Shown here piece after piece: positions 1 through 13,800 of a stretch of 64,000 bases of DNA. Position numbers and translations under genes: made by a program. This DNA comes from Siniperca chuatsi (taxonomy: Eukaryota). Position 1 is the first letter of the stretch. Each line of letters opens with the position of its first letter. The notes below the pieces were generated by a model. That model was not told where the DNA came from and did not search any database. It saw nothing but the letters and a program-made list of their open reading frames with translations. The stretch spans positions 6,867,595 through 6,931,594 of the forward strand of contig NC_058054.1 of the NCBI RefSeq assembly GCF_020085105.1. Reading direction: 5' to 3'.

Positions 1-600
1 GGGTTATCATTAAATTTTGTACAGACATTCATACTCCCCAGAGGATGAATTCCACCGAGTTTGGTTTTCCTCTAGCACCACAATGAGGTTGAAATTTTTG
101 GTTTGAAGTGAAACGTCTCAACAACTATTGGATGGATTGCCATAGAGTTTGGTGCTGATATTCAAGGTGCCCAGAGGATGAATCCTGATGATTTTGGTCA
201 CCCCCTGACTTATTATTAAGCACCACCAGCAGGTCAAAGTTTTTACGTATCCAGTGAAATACCTCAACATCTACTCGATGAATTGGCACAAACTTTTGTA
301 CAGACATTCATGGTTCCCAGACAGTGTTTCATAATGACTTTGGTGATCCCCTGACTTCTCTTCTAGTGCCTCTGTGAGGTTCACATTTGTGGATTTAATT
401 TTAACGTCTCACCAACTAGAGAAGAATTACTTTTATTAATCCCCCTCGGGAGAAATTCAATTGTACTGCTCCTTAAAAACTATTGGATGAATTGCCAACA
501 AATTTGGTTCAGACATTCATGTCCCCCTCAGAATGAATTGTGAAAACTTAGGTGAATCCTTAACTTTTCATCTAGCACCAACATCAGGTAAAATATTTTA
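1..600. repeat. Satellite-like tandem repeat with ~4 diverged copies of a ~135-150 bp unit. Recurring motifs are ttgtacagacattcat, cccagaggatgaat, gattttggt, cccctgactt, attggatggattgcca.
   Basis: The same ordered motif series recurs starting near 14, 165, 290 and 500. Visible directly in the sequence. Confidence 0.6.
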
Positions 601-619
601 GTCTGTCAAATACTTTGGT

Positions 620-775
620 TTATGACTAAATACAGGCATTGACATTGCCATCACAGATGTTAGCATGCTAACATGCTAAACTAATATGGTGACCATGGTA
701 AATAAGACCTGCTGAACATCAGCACGTTAACATTGACATTGTGATGTTAGCATGCTGACATTAGCATTTAGCTCA
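620..775. repeat. Two direct copies of a ~45-bp motif (cattgacattg..tcaca..tgttagcatgct.acat) carrying the palindromic core gttagcatgctaac.
   Basis: Copies at ~637-680 and ~733-775. The internal palindrome is gttagcatgctaacatgctaa. Confidence 0.45.
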
Positions 776-3310
776 AAACACAGCTATGCCTGAACACTCA
801 AAATTCTGCAAATAAATGTAGTTTAAAAAGTATTTAATTGAATTAATTTGTATAGATAGTCCTTATAATACTAAGTCCTGCTGTAAACTGGCATGAGTGA
901 TCCAATTACAGGAACATTTAAGGATCCTGTATTTTAAATATTCATACTGAAATAAATGATTGTTGGTTATGTGAAAGTGTTGTTAGTATCGCTGATACCA
1001 CTGAGAAACAACACTCAACACTCTATTTTGCAGCTCTGTGCTGCTTTCAGACACTTTGAGCTCATTGTTTTGGTTCACTAGACAGGAAAAACCAAAACGG
1101 TACCACTTTTTCAAAAACCATGGGCTCCCAGCACAGGAGCTAACACAAGCTAACAGTACACTACCTGCCTGGCACTAATGAGCCTATGAGATCTATCAAA
1201 AGTGATTTGAAATCTGTCTTGAAACATGTAATGTAAGAACCTGTAAAAAGTGCTATAAATGAATTCACTTTAAGAAAAAAGAGCAATGCTGATTGCTTGA
1301 ACTTGAACTGCTCTATGCACACTATTTATACTTCCCTGTTATCTCTCACCACACTTTCTGCTTTCCCCACCTCTTCCCATCACTGTCAGATTCCCTCCAG
1401 CTCTCTGCGGACCCCAGCACAACCTACAGGGGCTTGAGTGTATCTCAGGGGCCCAGAGCCTTGACTGTCAGGAGGGTTGACTACCGGTGACCATGCTTCT
1501 GAGGGGCAGAGTGGAACACAGTCTATAAATCTATGGCCAGGAAAGGAGACGGCAACGACGCCCAGTTCTGAGACAATGACAAATCATGGAGTTTATTTTG
1601 TTCAAGGAAGGGTTGTACCCTCTGGCATGGGAACATGGCTACTACAATAGCAAGCCCAGCCACTGGCAAGTTAGGAGTTAGTGTACCTGGATCACAAGGC
1701 AGGAGCACCATGACTAAACTTCATAACGATCAATGTGCAAGGGAGCTTGCATAGTTATTTTGTGTTACAGTACATATGCAAAAAAAAGTTTCCTTTAAGT
1801 GTTATAAACTAAAATGGTTCATCAAAATATTAAGCTTAAATAGAGAGTGCTTGACTAAACTCAGTTTTTATTAAAGGCTTATCATAAACGTATGAGAGTA
1901 TTGTCTGTTTAATTTGTCAAATTCATATCTGATATTCTTTGTTTTGACAGATATACAATACATAATGTTTGCTGTCTGTCCTTTTGTTTTTCTAACTCGC
2001 CTCTGTATGTAATGTAATGAGTGTCCTGTAAGCCCTTGTGGGCGGGGCACTTGAATAAAAAAGTATTCATTAATTTGTTCATTCACAAAGCTCAGGCTAC
2101 ATTTAATGAGCCATTGTACCCTGGGTTTGAGTTTATGTGTTTCAGGATGTCAAGCAGAATAGATATAAAAAGAAAAATCACTAAGCAGAGAGGCGGACAG
2201 TGTGTCTCTGAGTATAATCCTCCTGATTTCCTACTTTCCAACGTCTTTTGTGGTTCATTTGTTTACATTTTGGGTTATGTATCATATAACATATCAAGAC
2301 TGTCACCAAAAAACATGTTATATATTACCATTTATATTGTATTCTGATTGTAAACATTATTCACACGCTGCTGAGAATATGGTAAAATGAGCAGGACCTC
2401 TGGAGTGAAAATGCAATTAACTAAAGGACTGAATCCCAGCTTTTCTCTTTATTTTCTCGTTTTTCTCTCGTCCCTCTCAGTGAAAAATGTTGATTGACCT
2501 GACATTCCTTGGTCTCTTAGAAATTAATTTTTGCAAGATTCAATCTCTGCTGGCATGACGTTAGTCTGCACTGCTTTTGTCTGTTTTACACCATCTCCCA
2601 GTAAGCTTTGCTACTGTTGTATACAGTCCTGTGGGGAGTGGCCTTCCTACTCTCCTTAAGTAACTAAATTAATTCTTGGCCTTCCCACTCTGACCCATAA
2701 AAAGAACAAAGAGTGTAAGTCATCAGCACTACAATAGCTTGACAGAATCTCAAACGAGGAGGCCATAGAAAGAACTCTGTCTCAAACGCAGTATCGTGTT
2801 TCCACTCTTGAAGCGGATGTATTGTTCTCAACACAGCCAAGAGTCAAGTGTGTAACAACAAGCACACTCAAATGACAACACAATACATGACACTGAAGAC
2901 ATACGACTAATTAAAATAGACACACGGGTATGTTGAGTGGTTGGAAAGGCCCGACATTCTTTCATGTGTCCTCATGTTCCCACTGATACAGCTTGTAGCT
3001 TCCTGCTTGGCTTCAGTCTGGATTCTAACCTCTTCTCTTTCCAAGCCATGAGAGTCTCAATGGCAAACAGCTGTGCAACAAGTGAAGTTGGTTGGGTTGT
3101 TTCCTAAAAAGCTCATTTTATTTCAACACGTTTGTGTCCTCTGACTCTACATTGACCCTTGACTGTGTTGCCATTGGTTGCTTCCACTACATCTCCTTTT
3201 ATCCACAGGTTTAAAAGGGGAATTTAATCAATTTTACACAGAAAGGTCAGTTTATTTGTCATGGGCAGGACTCCTCAGTTATGTGGTTTGTGCGGGGTCA
3301 TGTGCAGGAC

Positions 3311-3460
3311 TATTTACAGTGACTTCTTCTCTGCTGGTTGCCTAGCAACTTCACTGTGACGTTGGAAGGAAGTTACTGCTCCCGGCCAAGATTTATTTTT
3401 ATTTTTTTACACTTTGGTTTTTGTACAGATTAAACAAACGAGATATAACATGTTAATTAG
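3311..3460. repeat. Copy 1 of a locally duplicated ~140-bp segment. Copy 2 is at 4319-4445.
   Basis: Near-identical strings tatttacagtgacttcttctctgctggttgcctag ... ttacactttggtttttgtacagattaaacaaacgagatataac in both places. Confidence 0.7.
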
Positions 3461-3479
3461 TGAACTCTAGAGGTGCTGG

Positions 3480-3600
3480 TAGGCGGATTATGTTACCTTT
3501 GGACAGAGCCAGGCTAGCTGTTTCCCTCTGTTTTCAGTCTTTATGCTAAGCTAAGATAACTGGCTGCTGGCTGTAGCTTCGCATTTACCATACACACTCC
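3480..3600. repeat. Fragment related to the MITE at 18565-18845 (ggctagctgtttccc...atgctaagctaa motif).
   Basis: Shares the motif string with 18640-18790. Confidence 0.4.
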
Positions 3601-4318
3601 TTTAAATCCCTCTCTTGTGAGTCCCCCAGACTTTAAGGAAGTTTAACACTAAATCGCTGGACTACCCCTCTAACTCCTTTATTACAAGGCTGAATACTGA
3701 AAACAGACACTTCTAAATCCTCTCTGCAGCTGAAACAGCAGCTCCTTATGGAAACTCTGCTTCTCTACTCGGGTAGTTTTCCCATACAATAAAGCTTGCG
3801 TAAAAACAGATGGCTGTCTGATGTTCATTCAGTCCATAAACGCTGTAGACTGTTTCTCCACAGGTCCTGAACCATGCAGTAAATTACTCTAATGTGATTA
3901 CTCTGTGTTGGCCATTAATACTTGTCCAGTACAGATACTGAGTGTATGACAGTGGTCCTGCACCCGGCACACACATTTACAGACAATGTTTTAAAATATC
4001 TCTCTCTGTGAATCCTCTTTCTCAGCCAAATTCTGGGCACCAACACTACAGTCACACATGTTAAGTAAAATATTGACATTGCAAAAAGTATTGTAGGAAT
4101 ACAACCACAAATACTAATTGTAGTAGTAGCCATAGTATTAATATTAGACTGGAATTAGGATGCTTGTATCATTAGCATTAGCGTTTGTTAATATTATATT
4201 GCTATTAAATGCATAAGTATATCAGTAATAGTAATACAAGTAAGTAGGATTATTAGGTGTAGGCTATTGGTATTAGCTTCATCATTAATATTAGTATTCG
4301 TGTTAGCAGGCTATCAGT

Positions 4319-4445
4319 ATATTTACAGTGACTTCTTCTCTGCTGGTTGCCTAGGAAGTTACTGCTCCCAGCCAAGAATTTTTTTGTTTTGTTTTTACAC
4401 TTTGGTTTTTGTACAGATTAAACAAACGAGATATAACGTGTTAAT
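4319..4445. repeat. Copy 2 of the duplicated segment (see 3311-3460).
   Basis: Near-identical to 3311-3460 with small indels. Confidence 0.7.
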
Positions 4446-5037
4446 TATCAGTATATTAGCACTGGTAAATTAGCATTAGGAGGCTATTAGTATGTTGTAG
4501 TCTTAAAGGGTCGGTTCACCCACAGAAAAACATATTTTCTCACTTACTTCTAGAGGTATCTATCCATGCAAATACTATTTTTGGTTAATAACTGTGAAGG
4601 CTAAAGGTAAATATAACACAGTCTCCTGGGAGGACTGGTCAGTGCAGCTGTCCTGACAAGGCTGAGCTGTCTGTGTTTAGGATCCAACATCCAATAGAAT
4701 ATCCACACATGTATAGCTGGGTGAAGAGGTGTTTTGAATCTCAGGAGGTCTAGTAGGGGTTAAAGTAGTATCTGACGTATCCTTCAGATTTGGGCTTGAA
4801 GATTGAGATTGAATCTCAGACCACCATTTCTGTTCAAACAGGGTTTTTTAGATTAAATCTGCCCAAAGTCTACTACAGTGTATTAGCACCTTGGTCAAGC
4901 CAATCATATGCTAATCAGGTACTTAACAGTGATGAGGGAGGTGCAGCCAGAAAACAATAGGCCTGATTACTGATTACTGGGTCATCATGGAAACAATTAG
5001 GTCAGTTTCAGGTGAAACTAGCTAATCAACAGTTCCT

Positions 5038-5140
5038 GTTCCATTTTTTCACAATTGAGAATGACTTCCGGATGGGAGCCGAAACGTCTTGATTCTGAAA
5101 ACAGTGTCCAGATGACTACGACTGAAACCTTTTCTACGAT
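5038..5140. repeat. Half-copy (one arm plus flank) of the foldback element whose full palindromic copy is at 57813-57977.
   Basis: cacaattgagaatgacttccggatgggagccgaaacgtcttgattctgaaaacagtgtccagatgactacgactgaaaccttttctacgat matches the right arm of the 57.9-kb palindrome. Confidence 0.7.
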
Positions 5141-7828
5141 TATTAGTGTAGTATTAGTATGAGTTAGCAGTATGAGTGTCACTATCTGAGTCAGTGCCAG
5201 TATTATAGGGGCAGCATTAGTAGCATTATTACAGTGGCTGTATCAGTATTGGTATTATTATGGTAACAGTACACTAATGTATTAAGTCACATTAACAGCA
5301 GGAAGCAGCAGCCTGGCTACTCTGTATTACTCCCACATACCTCAGTGATCCTATAGTTAGCTTGTCTTTTGAGACTTTCCAGTTACTGAGGCTAGGTTTA
5401 GACATAATGGATATTCTGTTATCACATAGGCTCTTTATGATCTAATGAAGGCATTTCCATTAAGGGTCCACTTGGCTGCTGTTTCATGAACCTGTATGTG
5501 TCAGTCAGCCTGGCTCAGAGAGCTCATTGTCTGATGTTTGAGATTTTACCTCCCCCTGGTGACACTCAGAGGGATTTAATGTGACAAGACATGTGGATAG
5601 AGGAGCACCATATGTTCCTAGATACCAATACAAGAAGTTATGATGTAAGAAACAATTTGGCATCTTCAGGCAGGATAAAGCCTACTTTTGATGTCTGTAT
5701 CTGATTCTTGAATCATGGTATGAAAAATAGTTTTAAGCAGTATTTCCTGGTGCCGGGGTGAAATGACCTGCTGAAATGAAATATTTTAGGTCATTCAGCA
5801 GCTTTAAGTCAGGGTGACCTTGCTTATCTATTCATAGACTGGGAAACTATGCTATGCAGATAATATAATGGCAAATAAAGTTGTGTTTCTCAAAATTACA
5901 ATTACTCTTGTAAAATTACAAGACAGAATGTACTACATGTCTGCAGATTGTGATAGATTTTATGAGACTTGTGATCAAATGTGATTAACTTGTGAAATGT
6001 CATTAAATCTTGAACCAACAGACAGTCACATATTTGTGACCAAACTTCACATTGCTCAATGTTTTAGGAATTCATTCTTTCCAAGTATTTTAAGTAAGAG
6101 AAAGGCAGTGCCTATTTGTTAAGAGAACATCAGGATGCTGGGGTTTTTCTGATTGACTGCCTTTTATGTTTACATAGCTATTGATGTTTTTTTTCCCCCT
6201 CTTGTCTTTAGTCTTCTTTGATTTCTTTTCTAAATTGTTCTTTCTTTTTTTAAATATCTGAACTGTTGCGTCAGAGGACTGTATCTAAATAAAGGAAAAG
6301 TTCGTATTTTTGAACATTTTACACTGTTAAAAAATGCACAAAAACCTAAATGGCAGTGCCAACATTTGATTCCCAAATATGACTATTAACTTAGCACTTA
6401 GCGCTGAATATAAACAAATGAATTTAAAAGTTATTTGCAGCAAAAGGGAATGTATTAATCATCTTGGTAAGTGGTTGGTGCTTGGAGTCTTCCCCACCAT
6501 TATTTTTGCCATATTCATCTCTCATAAACTTTCCATGTGTAACTACCTTTCCTGAGCTGCAGCCAGAGAGAAAAGTAGGAGCTGGAACTGGGATAGTCAA
6601 AGTCATGAAGGAATTATGGCTTCAGATTCCAGCAGTAAGTTCTTCTTAAAAGATGTTCAAAGCTCTACACCATCTATATCAATCCCTTACCTCCCTTACC
6701 ATTAAGGCTTTTTTGGTCTCAAGCTCCCAACATGCCCATTTATGGTTGCACTGAACCATTTAGACCCATAAAACTGTCAAGAAAACATATAATGCTACTT
6801 TAGCGTCTTTTTTTTAGGTTTTCATTGCCTTTGCCTTTTTGTAATATTTAAAAACTTTTGTCTATCTTTCCTGTAGCCTCACTCCTTTTAGTGGAGAAAG
6901 TACACATAGCAGAAAATAAGACCTGTGAAGTTTTACAGCAGAATGAGTAATATCTCAAACAGTTGCTGATTTAGGGCTGTTGAGGCGTCCCTGCAGGTGG
7001 CACTGTTCCTCAAGACAAACTTGCTCTGCTTAGAGAGGATCTAACAAACTATTTCTCATCCAAACCTTTCAAACACCTTTAACAGTCACAGCTGAGTTAC
7101 ATCATCCTTTCATGAGGTCAAACTATCTTTTGTCTCAACACTTTGCCTTTACACCAGCCAGACTCAACATCCAAGATAAGATGAATCTTTGACTTAAGTT
7201 GATTTGTCAACTTACCGATCAGTAAAGTCTTTGTTAACAACAGTCACTTTTAGTCATTTTCTCTGCTAATAAGTTATTTCATTAAACTACTACGCATAAA
7301 TCTGGCATTGCAGAAGTATTCAGAAATAATTGCTGCTATCTGGCAACACAGGATCCTAAATCCTGTTGCCGTTACTCAGAAAATATCCATCACATCCAGG
7401 AACTGAGCAGGGAAATGTGTTCTTATTGCAGGATGGATTAAGTTTCTGCTAGTGCAATCTTAAAATAAAGACACATTCAGGAAAAATTAATAATTGGGTC
7501 TCCATAGGGTTTAAGCCTTTTTCCTTCAGCCCCTCTATTCTGGATTCACCTTGTATGAGTGTTAATTTTGGTTTTTGCAATAGAAAATACATAAGACACA
7601 TCAAACCCAAGCACTTTCTTGTATAATTTATAGTGAAAACATGTTAAAAACATTAGTTTCCCTTTATAAAACGTAACAGTTACCAGTGGTCATAATTACA
7701 ACAGTGTCCTGGTAATCAAATTCCCCTGTCAATATCGCATGTAACTGGAGTGATGCATCTTAATACAAGTGCATAATCGATTTAAAATTATGCTGAATAT
7801 CAAGTGGGGGTAATGAGCTACTCTGAGC

Positions 7829-7899
7829 TCAGTTTGGCTGGTTGTCCATCTGTGAGCCTGACTGGTAGGACTGGATGTCCTCCCCGATGAACTCCGTCA
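7829..7899 (-). CDS. nfatc4: nfatc4 exon 13 (last): (V)[22 protein letters not shown].
   Basis: Acceptor ctccacag. Matches human ITLEEVSEIIGRDLSGF..*. Stop TGA at 7829. Confidence 0.8.
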
Positions 7900-10800
7900 C
7901 TGTGGAGGGAGAAGAGAAAATCACAATCCATCCTTTCATTCACCTCATATACTCAGTGTCATTGGTACAGTTTGTTCAGCTCATGCATTGCTAGAATAAA
8001 CAATATGTATCAACCTGTAAGAAATTTTATTTTCAATCATTTGGAAAGCAGCAGCATCTGAATAACTTGTCTCCTCCTACACAAATCTCTATGATGAAGC
8101 TGAATAGTGCAGATTTCTAAGGACAAAGTCTAGGAAAGATAATAGATCACAAGGAAAACATGCAATGATGCTACTTTGGCCGTAAAACACATTTTTTAAA
8201 AATACTTTGCAGCTGAAATGTTTTGCATTGTCGGTTGGCTCATATCAAAATTCTTCATTGCTGACCGGTTCAAAGTGCAAGTTAAGCTCGGCAGAATGGG
8301 AACATGTAAAAATACCAGCAGGTGTGAAATTTTTAGAGTATGCCCAGAAACTGCAAGACAGTATCAGCCGATATATTGGCTGATATTAGCTTATCACCAA
8401 TATATCCTTATCGATGTGTGTATATAAAGAAAATGCAGTATAGAAATAGCACCGAAATGGTAGCTTAGAAACAGTGACTCCTTTCCTGTTAAACGTCCAA
8501 CTTAGTACATATCTTCGTTTCAATTATTTATAAACAAATTTAAGGGATCTTTATCAAAAAAAATTGTTTACTATATTTTGTTTATTTTTATTCATTTTTA
8601 TATTATGTGTTAATGTAAAAACAAATATAGGCTGATATATTGTTATCAGATCTTTTTAAACTCTCAAATATCCAACATCAGTCTATCAGCTATAGTGGCT
8701 GGCACGTGCTTGTAACAATTCAGCTGGAAAGCGTAAACCCAAATCACAGGATTAAAACTGACGTCTGTGAACTTTCTGTTCGTTCAAACTTTCACCACAG
8801 TGACAGAGCATCTAGTGTTTCATTTGTGAAATTGTTTTTTAGTTTGCAGTTAAACTGTAATTGAACAAGCAGGTAATGTGAATGTAAAAATATATAAGAT
8901 AAAGTATGATGGCACTGGTACGACCTGTCCAAACTGATTAACAGCAGAGTATGGAGAGCATCTCCAACCATGGTATAATGCACAAATGAATGGAAAAAAT
9001 AATTCAATATCAACAAAAAACAAAGTTATATATCCTAGTTTTTAACACATTCATCCTCCCACTCATCTATACATACATACAGTACATAATAGCATTGTTA
9101 AATTACTCATTTCAGTTTTCTATCATTTCTTTATCATCTCTGGATGTCCTTTACATGTCTGTAATGTGGCCAATTAGTTCATCTTATCAACAGATTATTA
9201 CATATTTAAATAAGATAAATACATGCAACTCACCTTCTTCAAATGTAATGTGGTGCATAGAGGCAGAGCTGGTAAACTCCAGGGAGCACTCCTGGATCTT
9301 GGCATTCCTCTCTCCCCCATGTCCCGTCCCCAGCACCCTTCCCTGGGGGTCCCAGCCATCGTAGTGGGAGTAAGGTGCTGGGCAGATGTCCTGATATGGG
9401 CTGGGGTTCGAAGGAGGGGAAGGACACACCTCCTGAGGATAAGCGGAGTACTGGGGGTAAGGGGAGGTGGGAATGGGAGGCAGAGGGGAGGTCGAAATGG
9501 GACTGCCGGCAGGAAACGGGCTGAGAGAGGAAGAGTGGGAGGGAGAGGGCGAGGAGGACAGGTAGGGAGAGTCCAGCCACGGGGAAGGGGAGGGGGAGGG
9601 AGGCTGCGGGCCGCGGGGGTACAGGGGGGGAAGGAGCTCTGTGAAGCCCAGCTCCAGGTTCTCGAAGCTCGGGTGACCATCAGACAGGGCTGCCCTGGAC
9701 CCGCCGGGCTCCTCCACCGCAGCGTCGGGTTTAGAGCAGTACTCCTCATGGTAACCCATAGTGGGGCAGGGAGGGGAGTAGGTGGAGGGGTAAGGGGGCA
9801 GGTGGAAGCCCAGGCCTCGATCGTCAGCTATGGGGTCGCCTCTCACGTGGAAGCCCCTATCCATCCTGGGCTGACCCCCCCCAGGACACACAGTCCCCCC
9901 ATCCAGGGGCAGCACAGAGGGCCGGGACAGCAGCGGGTCATCCTCTTTGAACATAACTGTGAGGAGAAAACTGTTTCACTAATATGTGGAAAAAATAATT
10001 CAATTTCCTCTCAATGAAGACTTTGATATATTGTGTCTTTTTTCAGTAGTTTAATCTGTTAATTCTCTCAGAGAATTTATATTTATATTTTTTATATTTC
10101 TTTTTTCTTTTTATGATTTATATTTGTGTGAATGTCTAATTCAACTTTGGCTTTTGGTATTTAATTTAATTTTTCATTTAAATGACTGAAAACATTTTGC
10201 TGTGGAGACCTCCTAATGAACATAATAAGGATGATAAATATATATTTTGACTCCTAATAATCACATCATTGAAACAAATCGAGACGATGGGAAAAAAATA
10301 AACACCCTGAGACTTAAGTATTAGGAAAAATGCAATTCAGAGAGTACAGTTATTGGAGAAATGAACTCATAAAATAGAAAACATTGAGGATACTTTTTTT
10401 AAAGGTCGACGTTAGTGATGTAAAAGTAAGATTCATTTTCAATTTATCATATTTTTCCTGTTTTTCCCCCTGGTTGTTGGCACAATGTTTGTACTTGTAA
10501 ATGATGGATGGAAATATATGTGTATTTATGTATATATGAATATATCAGTAAGTTGGGTTTTTTGTTTGTCTTAGTAGTCTTTTCATTTGTCATTTGTTTT
10601 TTATCGTATTTGGGGAGAAAATCTCCACAGAAATATCAGGGATGATAGTAAAACCATAGGAGCAGCTCCAGATATAAACCCACAAGCTGACCAAAACTGA
10701 CGACAGAGCGGAGACAGACAGAGGTGAACAAGGTGAGATTGGACACTCACTGGGGAGATACTTGAAGCAGTGAGTGCTGCTCCTTTTCCTCTTCCCGTTG

Positions 10801-13800
10801 GAGACGTAAAGACTAACCGACAAAGGCCGACTGATAGACAGGTCGCTGTAGGCGGGGATCCTCACACACAACAAACACTATAATGAAATAAGAAGTGTGG
10901 ACACAGAATATCACAGATTAGAGGAGATTCATCAGATGCTTTAGTTGTATCAGTCACGTTGTTGCAGAGACTGTTCAGAAACTGTAACGTTGCTTTGGAC
11001 TGATGTCACACATACAAAATTACCTCATTGCTGTTGTCACGGTCGACATGAGCCTCCTCCTCCCACTGTAATTTACCATCTAATAGATAAGAACATTCGG
11101 TAGAATTAAGTGTAACCTACATGCACACACATTGACACACAGCCGGTTTAATGAACATAATTTCCTCTCACTGCATAACAGGTAACGCCTAACATTAAAG
11201 CTTTTGTAAACGAGGTTGCTCGTAAAGCAGTCTCCACTGATAACTGATTGAAATCTTAACTTCAACTGAGAACATAGAAAAGCTGATTTTTTTGAGGGGG
11301 AAAACTAACTGGATGCAGGCATGTGATTTTTAAAAAAGGTGATGATTTTTAATCATAAACATGAGGACATAAGAGTCGATTATTTCTCCAACTTGACTGC
11401 TATTTGCCAGAATAAATAATATGATATGTTTGTAAACCCTGCTCCTCCTCCTGTTCTTGCACTCACAAACCATGTTTTTTTTCATTCATCATTTTATGTT
11501 AACAAATCTACTAAAATCTGATCTAAAATTATTCTGTTGAATCACTCTGAGACCCTCATAATGTACTTTTTTTTAAATCTGACACTGACACTGTTTGTCT
11601 TATTAGCCTACATTACTTGCTTATTTACAAAAACAAAACTTATGTGCAGGTTAAAAATAAACAGAACAACTGTTATCCTTCCTGTTTTTTCACTGAATGA
11701 CTGAATGTGACTGAGGGAAAGCTCCCTGATTCATTTCAAGTGTCTAAGTGCTGTGCCACTGTACAATATGTAAATGACTGTCTGCTCTTAAAAAGCCTTT
11801 ATGGAAAGATCTGTATTTATTTACACTGAGGTACTAAATGAAAAAAGAATAGAAAACAAGCACAACATTGAATATGTGGGGCACTATTCAAAACTGAATG
11901 CAATGGGCTAAATTATTATTACCCTATTACTGAAATTAATTTTAATGTATTTTCAGACTCATTGATCATATCTGAATTGTATCACTGTTTGTGTAGCAAA
12001 AAAGATTTTCTCCTGCCAGCATTAGAAATCCTTTCTCAAACTACCACTACTATTTTCTGGTAGCTATTTCAAAATTTTGTTCTCAGCTCATTTCTGTATT
12101 TTTTACTGGCTACAGTTTAGTCAGGGACTCATCAAGACATTAGAGGCAAAAGATAAGAAACAACATTAGAAAGGATTGCGTCTCCTCTGTGGACCTTTAC
12201 CTGTCCCTCTCTCCATAAAAAGGACTCTGGAGATTGGCAGGAAGTTAGAGCCACTCAGCAGAAGCTCCTCCCCTCCCTCCACAGAGCAGGAAGTAAGACT
12301 GACAGACTCGATGACGGGCAGCTCCTGAGCCGAACGCTGGGCTGAGGCAGGGAGAGTCAGGCAAATCAAACCTTCACTACCACTTAATGTGCTTCTAATT
12401 TAAAGACACCGTGTGTAGATTTTTAAAAAATTCTGACTTTGGCGACCCCTAATGGCAATGCTACAAATCTTACACATGGTGGCTTTAACAACCTGCTTTG
12501 TTTTGTATTATGTAAGGCTGTATTCTCTTTGCAGTTAAGTCTCCATAAAACTGCATCTGACCAGCTACTCACAGCATTCGATGGGCACAGAGGCAACCTG
12601 CAGAGCCAGGACTCGGCCAGGCGGGGCCATGGGGGGCGCTAGAGGGAGGTGGGTACGAAACACCAAACGGACACGTGTGTTCTTCCGTCCTACGTCTGTT
12701 TCTCCTTTCCTCAGCTCGATGTCCGAGTTCCTCAGCTTGAGAATCCCAGCACAGTCGATGCTACGGCACAAATAATTTTTTTTTAACTGTAAATTTATCC
12801 AGGTGGCAGATTAGGTGTTGTATAGTGTTGTTTAGTAACATTTTTCAACATTGGTCCAGTAGAAGGAAGCTAAATGATTAGCCTGCTTCTCAAGTATATA
12901 CTGTAGACTTCAAATTAGCCTTGAAACTGGAGTACAAGGTTGAACAACATGCACAAATAATGAATCTTGTAGAGGAAATGTTTCCTGTCTCGTTCCTACT
13001 CACAGTGCAGTCATGTTGTTCTCAGGGTTTAAGGGGATGTCCAGCAGTTTGGTCCCCGCCTGGACGCTCTCATGACTGGCAGTACCCACCATCTTCCCTG
13101 TCACCCTGAGAGGGGAGAAACATTTACAGTTTTTATGCTGAATCAAAGTCCCGTGATAGACTGGTGCTCTGTCCAAGGTGTACCTGGCCTCCTTTCACAA
13201 AGTGCATGCAGCACCCCGCAATCCTGAACAGGATAAACGGGTACAGATTTACAATTTTGACAAGTGATTAATCATTTAAGTCATTTATCAAGCAAAAATG
13301 TCCAACATTTGCTGTATTTACAGTAAAGATTTTCTGCTTTTTTTCTGTTTCATATCATTGTAAATTTGAATACCTTGGATTTTGGACTTTTGGACAAAAC
13401 AAGCAATGTATCCTTGGGGTCCAAAACTTGTGCGGACATTTCTTTCTATTATTTCTGACATATTCTAGATTAAACAATTATACATTATCTATTAAAATAA
13501 TTGATAGATTAATTGATAATGAATTGTTAGTATCTAGCCCTACACAGTTTTTTTTAATTAAATATCAAATTATATATATACATATATACATATATATATA
13601 TAAATATATATAAATTATATTATGTTTGCTCTGATTACATTTAACCTATAGCGTGCAAAATTTGATGAAACACTTTCAGTTTATGCGTATATCTCTTCAT
13701 GAAAAGAACAAATAACAAGTAAGGACAATGTCCTGGTTACTAAAACACAGACAAATCATATGTTGTTAATGTCCAAAAATATTCCATAGGTGCCTCAAGA

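Noticed and set aside
6424-6649. Overlapping 60-aa ORFs on both strands downstream of nfatc4.
   Set aside because: Short, no homology, and probably within the nfatc4 3' UTR/flank.
9223-10017. 264-aa plus-strand ORF (Arg/Gly-rich).
   Set aside because: It is exactly antisense to the GC- and proline-rich nfatc4 exon 12, and has low-complexity composition. The overlapping minus-strand ORFs 9198-9749 and 9239-9580 are alternative frames of the same exon. Not independent genes.
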